DNA from: Podarcis gaigeae
Lineage: Eukaryota
Assembly: GCA_964106915.2 (NCBI GenBank)
Contig: OZ066914.1
Strand: one strand, 5' to 3'
DNA: 64,000 nt
Shown: positions 1-23,249 of the stretch, piece by piece
Numbering within the stretch: the stretch's first letter is position 1
Layout: each line of letters opens with the position of its first letter
Notes under the pieces: model-generated
Told to the model about the DNA's origin: nothing
The model's input: only the letters and a program-made list of their open reading frames with translations
Databases searched by the model: none
Translations under genes and position numbers: made by a program

Positions 1-508
1 GCACTCTATGTGGGGCTACCTTTGAAGGTGACCCGGAAAATACAACTAATCCAGAATGTGGCAGCTAGACTGGTGACTGGGGGTGGCTGCCAAGACCACA
101 TTACACTGGTCTTGAAAGACCTACATTGGCTCCCAGTACGTTTCTGAGCACAATTCAAAGTGTAGGTGCTGACCTTTAAAGCCCTAAACAGCCTCGGTCT
201 TGTATACCTGAAGGAGCGTCTCCACCCCCATCGTTCAGCCCAGACACTGAGATCTAGCGCCAAGGGCCTTCTGGCAGTTTCCTCATTGTGAGAAGTGAGG
301 TTATAGGGAACCAGGCTGAGGGCCCGCCCTGTGGAATGCCCTCTCATCAGATGTCAAAGAGATAAACAACTGCCTGACATTCAGAAGACATCTGAAGGCA
401 GCCCTGTTCAGGGAAGTTTTTAATGTGTGACATTTTAGAGTATTTTTGTTGGAAGCCACCCAGAGTGGCTGGGGAAACCCAGCCAGATGGGCGGGGTACA
501 AAAAATAG

Positions 509-543
<35 letters not shown>
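1..543 (+). mobile_element. L2-clade LINE 3' fragment (runs off the window start) with (TTA)n tail
   Basis: Decayed ORF2 C-terminus reads LYVGLPLKVTRKIQLIQNVAARLVTG...HITLVLKDLHWLPVRF, carrying the L2-typical QN.AAR and LHWLP motifs. A 3' UTR follows, ending in (TTA)n at about 509-543. Related copies lie at about 22290-22500 and 59900-60380. Confidence 0.8.
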
Positions 544-2332
544 TCATTTCGGTCTTTATGCATATCTGAAATGCAACTGATATGTTCATAATTGCCCCAA
601 TCACCACCTGTCTCATGAGATTTCTAGGCAGGTCTGGAAATAAGTATTTAACAACAACAACAACAACAAAAGCTCTGCTCTGGGAAAGAGCAGCAGAAGA
701 GATCCCAGCTGTGGTCTTTTGGCTTTCTGAAGTGTGGGTCGAGGGGAAGCAAACCTAATTCTGGTGCAACACATGCCACTAACAGCTTCCTTTCTAGTGC
801 TCTGCTGCCTGAGGAATGTGATAATGGCTACCATAAATGAAATGTCAATGCATGAGCTGATCAGCATTTTTTGCTGCTGTGTGTAAGATTCCTAAGAGCT
901 GGTTGTAAGTAAGAAAGAGTGTCAGCTCCTCTGAAACACCAGCTCCTGACGTGGTGAAAATGCTCCACCAAGATACCCTCAATTATGTTTAATAGAACAC
1001 TTGTCTGGGTAAACTAGGAATAGTCAAAACAGATTCTGAAGCTGCAGGGATGTGGGCTGGGCTGGTGTATTCTTGATCTATGTGTTGAAATCATATACTC
1101 TTTTAATGTTGTGGAAGCCAGAAACTCTCTACTACACTCCCCCCTTTTCCTCCTTAGGAGAGACTTTCGTCCTTCATTGAAGAAGTTTGTGGTGTGCTCA
1201 TTATGAAAGAGAGTTCCCCTGGTTGAGTTGCAGCCTGTAACATTATGCTGTTATCGGGCAGGGTGCTGAACGCACCCAGATAAGCAAGGCAAATGGAGGG
1301 AGCTCACAGAACTCACATGGACCCAGTCAGACTAGACTTCCTTCTGGTTTTGCATCTGAAGCAGTGAACTTAGTCATTGGCTTTTTCCAGTGCTTTAGAT
1401 GAGTCTTTAGATTCTTCATTATTATTGGAGCCAACCACAACTCCCCACCTGTGAGGCTACGTGGTTAAATAACTTCCTTAGTCATTCACCATAGGGCAAT
1501 GATGGATATGGTTACCTGAAATAATGCCTTCTGCCATATGGACCTAACTACATTGTAAGATCCTATGCCAAAGCCCTGGCTTAAAGTGCCTCTGCCAAAT
1601 GAAGTGTGGTGGGAAAAACCAGTTGGCCCTGGGAATTGACTGGGGAGAGGATCATTTTGGCACTGGCACCCTGCTCAGGGACTGGTTTTCCTACAGAGTT
1701 TCTTCCACCTTCATAATGGCCTTTTGGGTACCAGGAGGTGAAGATGTTGCTGTTCTCTCCAAGCTTCTAAATACCCTCTGTTTTATGGTCTTAGTTTTAA
1801 ATTGAGCGTTAAATTGTATTTTTAAATTGTGTCACTTTTGTTAATTGTGCCGTCCCTGCTCTCCCAGGCCACTTTGTGAGCCATCCATAGAACTCCTTAC
1901 GATGGGGCGGCTTCATAAATGCAGAAAACACAACTTAACAGATAAATGTAGACAAGGTGGCGACTGGCGGTTTATTCTGCTGCTGCAGCAGTTGCTGTTT
2001 AATCTAGATGAAGCCCTTGGACACAGAGGCTTTTCAAGCACAGAGCTCCCTGGCTTTCCTTGGTTCCGCCTTACTTCATACTGTAGCTGCTGCCTTCAGA
2101 GCATTCTCTTTGAGCCGAGTGTGTTGGGAGGTGGAGTTCTGCGCCACTCCCTTTGCCTCAATTAGTCTCATGCTTGAGGCCTGACTCAGAGGGACAGGCT
2201 GCCAGGTTGGAGAGCCAAGAATAGAACAACTCTGCAGGAAGAGACATCTGTATTGCATGTGGCACCAGAGTACACAAGGAGCTGCAACCTGCTTAATAGT
2301 TGCACCGCCTGTTTTCTTTGCTAATTGTTGTA

Positions 2333-2560
2333 CAGTGGTACCTCTGGTTAAGAACTTAATTCAATCTGGAGGTCCGTTCTTAACCTGAAACTGTTCTTAA
2401 CCTGAGGTACCACTTTAGCTAATGGGGCCTCCCGCTGCCGTGCGATTTCTGTTCTCATCCTGAGGTAAAGTTCTTAACCCGAGGTACTACTTCCGGGTTA
2501 GCGGAGTCTGTAACCTGAAGCATTTGTAACCCGAAGCGTTTGTAACCTGAGGTACCACTG
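2333..2560. mobile_element. Tc1/mariner-type MITE (family A)
   Basis: TIRs CAGTGGTACCTC...GAGGTACCACTG with TA duplication at 2331-2332 and 2561-2562. Same family at 48848-49056 and 50984-51225. Confidence 0.85.
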
Positions 2561-2845
2561 TACTGTCTACTGAGTTTGTACCTCAACACGGAGTATGTGC
2601 TTAAGATGCACCTATTTGGGTGGTTGAATATTGGACTTCCTGCTCTTCTTCCATATTAAAGCAACATTTATTTTTTACTAAAATATATTGGAACTTTGCG
2701 AAACCACAGCTTTTTAGTGTTAGATTTGTATGACACATTGGGGTGGGGATGTAATTCTTCTGCCAGGATTTTGGCATCCAACGCAGCTAGGATTAAAAAA
2801 TATAGATCTGTAAAAATACAAACCAGTCAAGAGAAAGAGAGGCTT

Positions 2846-3267
2846 AACTAAAGAATCATGGCAAGAAAAATAGACAAACTATGTAGAACTGGCAAAACTG
2901 ACATACAAGCTACGGGACAAGGATAACTGTGACTTTAAGGATGAATGGGATCCCTTTACAAAGTGTCTGAAGATGCAACAAAGTGAACTGGAGTCCTTGG
3001 CAGGTCTTGAATAAACATTCACAAAGTTTTAATTGATAATAATCAGCTAAATAGGTTGAGGATCTATACAACTTTGTAACATGCAAAAAACAGCATTCTT
3101 AGAGAAACCAAAGACTGGAACTGAGGGAAGTCAGGGGGTGGGGGCGGGTGGGTTTTATGTGGGAGGGTGGGGGGAGGGAGGAAAAATGGGGGAAAACAAG
3201 GATGATATGCTTCTGGATAATATTTCTTGTTTTAATTTTGAATAAAAAAACTTTATAAAAAAAAGAA
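2846..3267 (+). mobile_element. 5'-truncated L1/Tx1-like LINE 3' end
   Basis: 12-bp TSD AAAGAGAGGCTT at 2834-2845 and 3268-3279; G-rich 3' UTR tract at about 3125-3190; AATAAA plus A-rich tail at 3241-3267. The clade assignment is inference. Confidence 0.65.
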
Positions 3268-5373
3268 AAAGAGAGGCTTGAACCATCCCAAACGTACATA
3301 TATCTGTCAGGGTGGTGGTAGTGACAGCAGGGGGAATATAAAATCTGTAGAGTAGTGGTATTGCAACGTAAGTAGGTCTCCCATCTAGCAAAGCATTTCC
3401 AAAATGATTTCAGGAGGTGAGTTAGGCCAGTAGAAATGGTTGTTTCAAATCCTTTGATCATTGTCTGTTGGTTCTAGAAATCTGCTCTGTAAATTGCTCT
3501 TTAAACATAATGTAAACAAATTTTCAAGGATAGGAAAGGGAGGTGCATAAGACATCATTCTACTCTTGGCACTTTGCCAAGTACAACAAAGAGTGACGAC
3601 TGGAATGTGACCTTGGTGACAAATGATCGTTAGAGAAAATTACCTGAGTGCGTTAAAGTATTTGTATCTGCTTTAATTTTGACTAGTTCCTGTATGGTAG
3701 CTCCACAGTACAGTATTTTGGTACTTGGACAGAGAGGTCTTGCACCATCTAGTTTTGTGTTTATTGTTTAGTTGTTACAAAAAAAAACCAAACCCAACAA
3801 CTCTGGCAGTTTCTTTTTAATGCAGGCTATATTTCTAAGTACTGTACTGGAATAGGAACCACTATTTCCTCCATTCCTTTGGCTTTGCTCTTGCTCCCTG
3901 GCCTGCCCAGGGGCCCTTGATAATTGTTCTCACAAATACCCCCTTCTGGATTTCAACAACAACACACACACACACACACACACACGTGCCCCGCTCCAGG
4001 CAGGTAGGGATGTTCCAGTCCCCCATGACCTGTTTAACTGGTCATTTCTGCAACATCTTCTCCTTCTGGCAGTTCTTTGGGCATCTGATCCAGTGTAGTT
4101 TATGACCTTTGGAGTTGAACTATTTGCTTTACTGTCAGATAAAAGAATTTGCTTGTTATTGAGGAGAGGAGGGGGAGTGCAAAAAAAGAAAAATGAGGTT
4201 GGACCAAGTGGCAAGTTCTATTCACTTAAGGCCCATCAGTTTCAACAGAAGCTTAAGTAAAGGTGAGTGCATCCCATTGATTTAAGTGTTGTCTAATTTC
4301 AGTTTAGTATGGAGGATCTAAACCTTTATATCCCTTGACTTCTGCTGGAGTCTTGCTTTTGACTCAAGTCCTTGCAGCTGCCTAGAATTGTAAATTTATA
4401 GAGGTGGGCTTTTTCCATCCAAGGGCCCCAGTTCCTCATAGGAAATCTTTGGGAAACTACATACCTGTGGTGGGCGTAGCCAGAGGTAAAAGTGGGCAAA
4501 CAACAGAAGTGACACTTGCTTTTGTACCATAGGCTGTGTTCCAGCCACACAAAAGTGCACGTTTTCCCAGTGATCCATCCAAGCAGGAGATGCAGTATTC
4601 TCAAAGTTCATGGACGCATTCCAGCCAAGCAAAAACCTTGAAGAAGGTTTCAGTGCAGGGCTGGTGAGGGCTGTGGCTTGAGGAGAGGCCCGATAAAGGA
4701 ATTTGGCCTGAGGGTCTCCACCCATGCTCTCCAAACAATGCAAGGTTCACTCTCTGCTCATGTGACTGGGCGTCTCCCCTCAACTGTATTCTTTAAGCCT
4801 AATTAGGATTGCTAGATGTCCTTTGCTCTGTTTTCAAAGGATCAATCCTTACTTTAAGAAGCCAGTTTAGGAAAGCATTATGGGATAGGAAATTGTGACA
4901 TTAGAGAATAAGGGATAGTCCTTTAAAATAAACTTCCCGCAGGAGATAATGGGCATGCCTTTGCCCTGTGTCAACATTATAGATCCAAAATGCCTTTTGT
5001 ATTTCTAAATATTTTAAGTAAACCTAATTTAACCCTGACCTTGCAGCTTCTTCCCTGATGTGGGTGCTGTTTGCAGCAGTATAAATTCATTTTATTTGCA
5101 AATGTGTTTAGCAATGGTGGGGGAACTGTGTCCACTCTCTCCAGATGTTGTTGGAGCTCTCGACTCCCATCAGCCCCAGCCAAATATGGCAAGTGGTAAT
5201 CCAACACCCTCTGGAGGGCTACAGGTTCCCACTCCTGGTTTGCCACTGAATTTTTCTCTCAGTTTGTTAATTCCTTTGACTTGTACCATTGTTAAGTCAT
5301 TGCAGAAATTGGCATTTGTACTTTTCATTATCCCTCACTCCTTGACCCTGTTAGGGTTTGATCAGATGATATC

Positions 5374-6198
5374 TGTCAGAGCTGCCCTAGGTCCCAGCTC
5401 ACAAAGGACCAACGCCAGTTCTTGTTATATACAAAAGTCTTTATTGAAGTTCAGTTTCGATTTCAAAGCCGCGGCGCGCAGCTCTACGTCTTAAACTCTA
5501 GACCGCTGAAGCTCCGCCTGAATCTCCTCCCCCCAGACACCAGTTTAAGACTCTAGCCTTGCTCCACCTCTTCCTCTGCTCTTTCCTTCTCTGGGTCCGC
5601 CTGTCCACTGGGGTCTTGCCCTTTCTGGACTCTTCTGACGCTGAGTCCCCTGATTCTTCCCCCTGCCTCCGGCGGGCTTTAGGACCTGGTTCCCAATCCG
5701 GGTTCTCTGCCGTCCCGCGCGCCTGTACATTTGAACTTGGCGCGTGCGCCCAGCTGGCAACCTTTCTCCTGACCGTTACACTGCTCCTGTCACTGCTTCC
5801 CCCTTCGGGGGGGCTAGTTGGACCTGACTTCCCCTCTGTTCCCTCACTCTCTGATAGAGGCGTGGTCAGCCCGGACTCATCTCCTTTCCCTACTGGAGGA
5901 GACGCTGGCCCTGATACATGGGACTCTTCCCCCCCCACTACGCTCTGGTGGGGGAACTGGTCCTGATCTCCCGCTGCTGCTTTGGGAGTCCCCGCTGGCC
6001 CCTTGCTTCTGGTGCGTCCCCCCTGGGACCCCCCTTGCCCTGGCCATCGGCGCCCCCCTCTGGGAATCTTCTGAATCGCTGGAGAAGCTCATGGAATCTC
6101 TCGGGCCACTGTCATACTCCCCTACGCTGCCCTCAGATTCTTCCCCTTCGCTCTCCGTTTCCTCTCTCCCCTGTGCCTCTGCTCCTGAACCCCTGACA
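5374..6198 (-). mobile_element. Solo LTR (825 bp), probably Gypsy/Ty3-type
   Basis: Ends TGTCAG...CTGACA (TG..CA) with a perfect 5-bp TSD ATATC at 5369-5373 and 6199-6203. AATAAA on the minus strand at 5440-5445 lies near the 3' end. Visibly more GC- and CpG-rich than its flanks. Confidence 0.85.
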
Positions 6199-8049
6199 AT
6201 ATCTATGAGAAGATACTTTATAACCATAATACCTTTTTCATTATGATTTAGGAGATCTCCCTTGGTCTCACTCTAGCCAGACAGGAAATGAATGGGGCAT
6301 CTTTTCTGTGTGTTTTTTTCCATGTACATGGAGAGGAGATAACATGTGCTGAAGATGAAAGCAATGCTTCCAGATAGGAAAGGGTGATGTTTACATAAGC
6401 TTCAGTAGTCTGGCAGATGTAACTTCCTTGTCCTATCAGTTCCCGTTTCCTTTCACTATATGAATTGTCATAGCAGCAGTTTGAGGTGCCAGTACCCAAC
6501 CTCTTATGTACATACACAAGGCAGGATAAACAATAAAGTGCAAATTAGTCTTTGGTGGACGGGAAGGCCAAGGTCTCAACAACCTCACTTTGGAAGAACC
6601 CAATTCTATCTGTCAGGCAAAAAGCTTTTCCTGACAATTCTGTCTTTCTGGACCCAACCACATTCTCTCTCACTTTCCCTCCAACTAAAAAGCCATGGTA
6701 AATGAAGAAGAATGCTGCCCTTTGCACCAGTTTTTAAACTAATCATTAAACTGCTTATCATGACCCCTCCTTCCATTTCTTTTCAGTACTCAGATCTGAC
6801 TAGGGAATAGCAGGACTGCCTTGCAAATGTCAATTCTGCAAAACAAGTAGACCCTTCCTTTTTCTCTGTGTTCAAGTTCTCCCTGTTTATTCGGTGAGTG
6901 CCCCCTTAAACATCCGGAAAGGATTTGTTTGCCCTTCCTCTGAACTGCTTCTCACAATGTTGTGTTGTCTTGCGAAATTACTTTCTTTCACTTCTCCCTC
7001 TTCCCCCCATAGGCCCCTGGAAGGAAAAATAATTTTTGGAAAAGAGGAGGGGTGTGTGTGTATGGAAAATATTGCATCTGCTGTGGCATGGATGGCTGCC
7101 ATGTTCTCTTCTCCCTCCCCAGGGGGCTTCCATATGTTTGCCCACCTGTGATTGGTCAAAATTAATCTGTTCACACAGGCTCTCCTCTCCTCAAGGAGTC
7201 TCCTCAGGAGAAAGTTGCCCTCTTTCCCTAGAGAACTAGCTTGCTTAGAAGCTGTGGGTGAGTGGGAACAAGCTAGAAAGGAGTGCCAATGTTTTGCAAC
7301 TGAGGGAGCGTACCATCTTGGCAGCCTTTGGCCTCATAAGTCGGCACTTTGGTTTAAGCAGCCGCGGTTGAGGTACAGTTTGTTCCTAAAGAGGCCTAGG
7401 AGCAGCAACATCTGTTTTTTATATTCATTGGGACATAGGAAGGAAATTGCCATCTAGCTCAATACTGTCTACACTGACTGGCAGAGGCTCTTCAGGGTTT
7501 CAGGCAGGGGTATCTCCCAGCCCTACCTGGAGAAGATTGAAACCTGGGACCTTCTGCATGCCAAACACATGCTCTGCCATTAAGGCTGAATTTGTGACAT
7601 ACAGATTCATTAATCCCTGAGTTTGTAGCCTTAGCATATCCAGTCATTGCCTAGCACCGTAGCAAGATTGTGGATGATACAATTTATCAAAAAATTGAAA
7701 ATTTTTTCAAGGCTCTTCTTGCCTTGCCTGCCCCACACATCTGTAGCATATCAACACCCTGAATGGGGACTGGGATGGGGAGGCAACCAAATTTCACTGG
7801 CTGCCTGGCGTGATTCTAACATGCCACACAGGCTGCTTGCACAGCATACATTTAAAGCACAACAGAATCCTGGGAGCTGTAGTTTGCGCCTCAAAGAGCT
7901 ACAATTCCCAGCACCTTGGATAAAGTACCGTTCCCAGGATCCTTAGAAGGAAGCCGCATAGTTTAAACATATGGTGTGTACATACGACTGGGCAACTGGG
8001 TATACAACTCTGGCATTCTCCTGTTGTAGAGACAAGCACAACCATAGCA

Positions 8050-8381
8050 CAGGGTGGGGCATCTTAGGCCCCAGGGCAAAATGTGGCCTCCTAGGCCTCT
8101 CTGCCTGGCTTCTGGGACTCTCCCCAGGCCATGCCCTTCACTGGCCATGTTTCACATTCTCCTCAATTGGTTTTGCCCAGTTGAAATGTGTCCTTGAACT
8201 TGGCCTGAGTGGAGGATAGAGGCGGGTGGGTTAAGCGTGTGTAGAAATCTTGCCTAGTCTACAAAGGTGAAATGTTACATCCATTGCTTTGCCTGCTTAT
8301 GCTTCTGGCCCCACCACCCACTGACATGCAGCCCCTGGAAGATTGCCCAAAACCAATGCTTAAAAAGATTCTTCACCCCAG
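8050..8381. mobile_element. Non-autonomous hAT element
   Basis: Ends CAGGGTGGGG...CACCCCAG; 8-bp TSD CCATAGCA/CGATAGCA (1 mismatch). Confidence 0.6.
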
Positions 8382-9193
8382 CGATAGCATCTGTTCCTTT
8401 TACATGCAAGAAGCGCTGACAAGCCATGGAATAAGCAGGCGCTGGGGCTGGGGAGGGGTTTGCTAATGAGCATCTTTCTGTTGTGGCCATCCATGTACGG
8501 TGGTAAGTGAAAACACTGGGCTCGTTTGTGCTTGTTTTCCCTTAGAAGGGAGGGATATATAAATATATTAAATAAATAAATAAAAGCTGTGCATTCAAGT
8601 GCCCAACTGTGGGGAGGGCACTCTTGAGAAATGGTTCTGGAATTGCTAACTGGCATCAGCACAAAAGGGCTGGTTTGCTGTCCACCCTGAAGAATGTTAA
8701 AAGGAATCTCAGGCCAGTAGTGGAAATGATTCTCAATTTCTTCCTGTGTCTCAAACCTGAGTTATCCTGAGGCTGTACTTCTCTCCCTTGGCCCCCCTCC
8801 CTCCCTCTCTCTCTTCTGACCAGCATCATGTGTGCATAATAATTTGACAGGAATTATAGCACCGGTAATATTAACTGCTGCGTAATCAGCTGCTTTTTGG
8901 TCCAGGGTAGGCTTCTGATTTTCTTCTTGCCCTGGCACCACACGCATTCAAAAGGGCCATCCTATCTCCTGGGAGGTCATACATATATGAGCAACAGGTA
9001 AAATAGATCAGCTCCTTTAGGGAGTCACTGGAGAAATCTGAAATGAGAATTGTTGGGCTTCTTTTAAAAGATATGCTGCTGACATGCCAAGGCATTGCTG
9101 TACATATACTGTACACCACTTGCTGTTCTACAGTGAAATGTAATGGATCAGAAGTTGTGGAGCAAAGAAACTCCCTCTTTACTGCTCCATATA

Positions 9194-9452
9194 CCGTATT
9201 TTTCGCTCTATAAGATGCACCAGACCACAAGACGCACCTAGTTTTTGGAGGAGGAAAACAAGAAAAAAAATATTCTGAATTTCAGAAGCCAGAACAGCAA
9301 GAGGGATCGCTACGCAGTGAAAGCAGCAATCCCTCTTGCTGCTCTGGCTTCTGTGATAGCTGCGCAGCCACCATTCGCTCCATAAGACGCACACACATTT
9401 CCCCTTACTTTTTAGGAGGGAAAAAGCGAGTCTTATAGAGCAAAAAATACGG
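9194..9452. mobile_element. Tc1/mariner-pogo-type MITE (family B)
   Basis: TIRs CCGTATTTTTCGCTCTATAAGA...TCTTATAGAGCAAAAAATACGG flanked by TA on both sides. Confidence 0.85.
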
Positions 9453-10994
9453 TAAATACGTTGCCAGTACCAGGCCAGAGGTGCATATAGGCAATGACTG
9501 TTTTATGCGCATTCAAAGCATGCACAACCATGCACGTGCACATCACCACAACCCAGAAGTGGCTGGAAAAGGAAGCGTCATGGGAGCATGGCGAGCTTAT
9601 ATATGCTCTGCTGACAAGTGTGGGGGGTCAGGGATGCAACCCATGTGCAAAACAGCTATTGCCTATATGGTATTTACACAAATGCAATGCACTCCTTTTT
9701 TGGCTGAAGTATGTCGCAAAAATTAGGATATGCATTAGATTTGATGCTGCATTTACATTTGCCAGAAAAAATTGCTTTTCGTTTCAAGGTTTTTGAAAAT
9801 TGAAGTGTGTGTTAGATTCAATGGCGCATTAGATTCACATAAATACAGTATTTTAAATTGTGGACACAATTTTAAATGACTGAATGTGCTGTACAGTTTT
9901 AGGCTGCAGGCACTGATTCAATGAGAATATACTATGCCATCTTGCCTGTTGCCCTTATTAAGCTTTTCAAATTTATTTAAGTCGAATTATATATGTTTTC
10001 CACTATGTAACTATGGTCTGAGGGAGGTTTGAGGGCAATATATCAGTGGAAGAGTTCCTACTTTGCATGCTGAAGCCCACCTCCCCTAGGTAGGACTGGG
10101 AAAGACAGCTGTATGAACCCCTGGAGAGTAACCACTCATCAGCATATAGACAGCAGTGAACTAGATAGGCTAATACTGTAGTCTGATCTGGAATAAGGCA
10201 GCAGCACCCTATCAGGCAAGAGGAGGTGGCGAAGAAAAAGCTGTGTCTGTGTGGTGCCATTCTCAAAGTCTTCATTTCATAACAATCATGAGCTATAATG
10301 TGGAAGGAAGGGGTTTCTCAGAAATAGCTGGATTCGCCTTTTGAGATGCAAGACGGATCATAAGATGGCACGCAAGTCTCTTGGGACGAGAAAAAAAGGA
10401 CGTTACTCGGGTTTTTTGAGAAGTTACTAGTCACTTAGTTCTCTCTCAAGTCCTATATGGAATTCACACGTTCCTTTAAAAGCAGAGGATAAAAAATAAA
10501 GAGCAAAGTTGGTGGAGATTATCAATGACACTTCCTAAAAATCCAACAGTTAACAGGTGCCAAAGAATTGCGCTTGAAGGATACATGTCCTCCAACCCCT
10601 GCTAGCCAACTTCAGGCAGTAATATATTCTTCCTTTAGTCTTAGGATTCTGCTACTACAGCCTTCATCCCCCTGATGCCCTCCAGGAGTTTCGAAGCACA
10701 GTTTGCATCAGCAGTAGCACTGATGTGAGTTGTATTCCAGAGGGCACCAGGTTGGTGAAGCCTGCTCTGCTGGACCGCTCTATTCAGCAAGACATTTGCT
10801 TCCTTGTGACTTCCTTTTGGCTCCCCCCACTGGCCATTTTTGGTTCTGATGCACCATCGAGACACAAGAGGCAATGCATGTATATAAAGGGTGATCTGCA
10901 TGGTTTTTTGTTCAGTATGGTGGAATTTATTTTGCAGGTGCGCTATTAGGGTTTTACCTCTTTTGTTTTTCAGTGCTGGGAGCCTCGCTGCGAC

Positions 10995-21033
<10,039 letters not shown>

Positions 21034-21473
21034 GAAGCTGAGGCCGTGCCTCTGTGCTAGAACTTTGGCAACCCTCCCTAGAAGTTCAGGGGACCCCTGA
21101 CTTTTATTTTCTTAATATAATGTTCTGCTGCGTTGCTCTCGCCTCCTAGAATGTATAAACGCTACTAAGGGATTCACATAGTGGACAGAGCTAAAGATAA
21201 GATATGATACATTGTATACGCTGTAGATATTGACTCTAATTTGTAAGATGTCGTTTATTTCTCCATTTCCACATGTGGAATCACCTTTTTTTATCTGATG
21301 CCCTGGGTACAGGAATCTGTATCACTGGAGTGATGTATCCTAGCCCTCTCAACTTATCTCTTATTTGTATTTTTTGTTTGGTTGTTTATTTTTGGTCAGC
21401 TTACTTATCTAAAATGTAGATGGCCCTTCCAGCTAGAAAATCCAAAGATCCAGGGCTCAACTATACAACGGCA

Positions 21474-21479
21474 AATAAA
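21474..21479 (+). terminator. Candidate polyadenylation signal of TMBIM1
   Basis: AATAAA about 440 nt after the stop codon, followed by T/GT-rich sequence. Confidence 0.5.
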
Positions 21480-21689
21480 ATTTATATTTTTGAATAAGAT
21501 CTCCCAGATTGATGTGATGGGGGCAGTGTTATGCTGGTTGCATTTATTATTGTTATTATTATTATTATTATTATTGCAATGTTTATTAACTTTCATTATA
21601 AAAAAATACAAATGTAATAATTACATTCATCAACATGAAATACAAAACAAACATATGGGAACTAGAAGAGCTTGCAGCTGTAATCTCAG

Positions 21690-21900
21690 AGCCTCTATCT
21701 ATATAATCTTTGAGCATTCTTGAAGAACAGGCGATGTCCCTGCAGTCTGGAGACAGGCAAATGTTGTCCCTGTCAAGGAGGGGATCACTTTCCTGAGTCC
21801 TCCCTCTAAGCTTCTAATAACTCACACATGGGTTCTAATAACCCAGCATGGGTTTCTCAAAAACAAGCAATACAACTGGGTGATACTGAAAGTCATGGAA
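21690..21900 (+). mobile_element. Decayed CR1 LINE ORF2 fragment
   Basis: Residual reading IIFEHS*RTGDVPAVWRQANVVP resembles the CR1 ORF2 segment IF..S..TG.VP.DW+.ANV.P. Confidence 0.5.
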
Positions 21901-23249
21901 TTTGATGAGGTCACCCAGGTGCAGATGAGGCTGATGGGAGTTGTAGTCTAAAACACCTGTCGGGCACCAGGTTGGGGAAAGGATAGTGTTGACAATAGTT
22001 GGGTGCTGCTTCAGACAGTAGTTATGTGCACAGTAAATCATACAGCATACACACCTTGTTCTAAAGAGTTAAAGGATCCCTATCTATCCCAAAAGCCTAG
22101 AGAGACTGTAAGCATGACGATTTGCCACAGACTTGTGCTTTGAAAAAAAGTGAGAAAGGGAGGGAAAGGGTGTACCTGTTCTGAAGCAATTGGAACCCAA
22201 GTCAGACATCGAAAGGGCTGTGCCTTTTGTTACTTATGGTCTCCCCAGATTGGCATGCAATGTTACACTGCAACGGGTGCAACCACTACATCTTCTCCTG
22301 GACTGGGAGAGCTTGACCACAGTAGTGCACTCACTGGTGACTTCAAAACTGGATTACTGCAGTACACTCTATGTGGGGCTAACCTTGTACTTCCCTTGGA
22401 AACTGCAGTTAATGCAGAATACTGCAGCTTCGTTGCTGGCAGGAGTGAGACTCTGAGCATGTAAAGCCTTTAGGCAAGATATATACACTGGTTGCCCATT
22501 TGCTTAGCAGGTTGACTCCTCCTTCCGTCTCAGAAGATCTGGGAAACATGGTGTGGTTTCTAAACTAATATTTTCTGTTATTGTGGGTTTCCTGTTTCTT
22601 TTGTGTTTGCATTCTGTTTTTTTCTTCAACTTTGAGGTGCACTTGCAGTCTCAGTAAGGCACAAAGTTCTGATCACTCTGACACCACAAAGTCTCATGTA
22701 CTATATTCCCAAACTACTAGAAGCCTACGCACTGTAAGCTGATGTTTGCTGCTGCCCCAATACAATTTTTTATGTCTCTGTAACACTTCCCCAATGATAG
22801 AAATACAAATCAAAGACCAGGGCATGCAGGGTTGGCCCTATCATTAGGCAAAGTGAAGCGACCACCTCAGGTGGCAGGTGCTGGGAGGCAGCCGCTGCCA
22901 CCACCCTTAAGTGTCCCTCTTAACCCTACAATGATCTTTGGGCTTTCGCAACCCCAACGTCCTGCTTCAACCCCATTTAGTGAGTCTATTTGCATGGATT
23001 ACAACACCAGACTCCATTTATGACTTACCTTAATGACTTGTCCCTGATGTGCTCAAAAGTCAGAAGTGTGTATCTGCAAGTGTTATGTAATTTGGAGGAA
23101 TATTAACCTTGCAATTGCCCAAAAGGTTTATCAGAAGCCAAGTGTTGGTTCAAACAGTAGTAGCTAGTGCATGATTCCAGGACAAGGACTGAATCCAGGA
23201 GGAAATCTGCTGATCTGGAGCCTTCCAAGACTTCTAGTGCTACTTTTTA

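Noticed and set aside
1-10900. TMBIM1 first exon/promoter or long-isoform PNKD exons
   Set aside because: No convincing non-repeat CpG island or hydrolase-like coding exon was recognised. The only CpG-rich block is the solo LTR.
10931-10973. Alternative acceptor TTTTGCAG|G at 10937 for the TMBIM1 ATG exon
   Set aside because: Plausible, but it would only change the 5' UTR and cannot be distinguished without transcripts. The AG at 10973 has the better pyrimidine tract.
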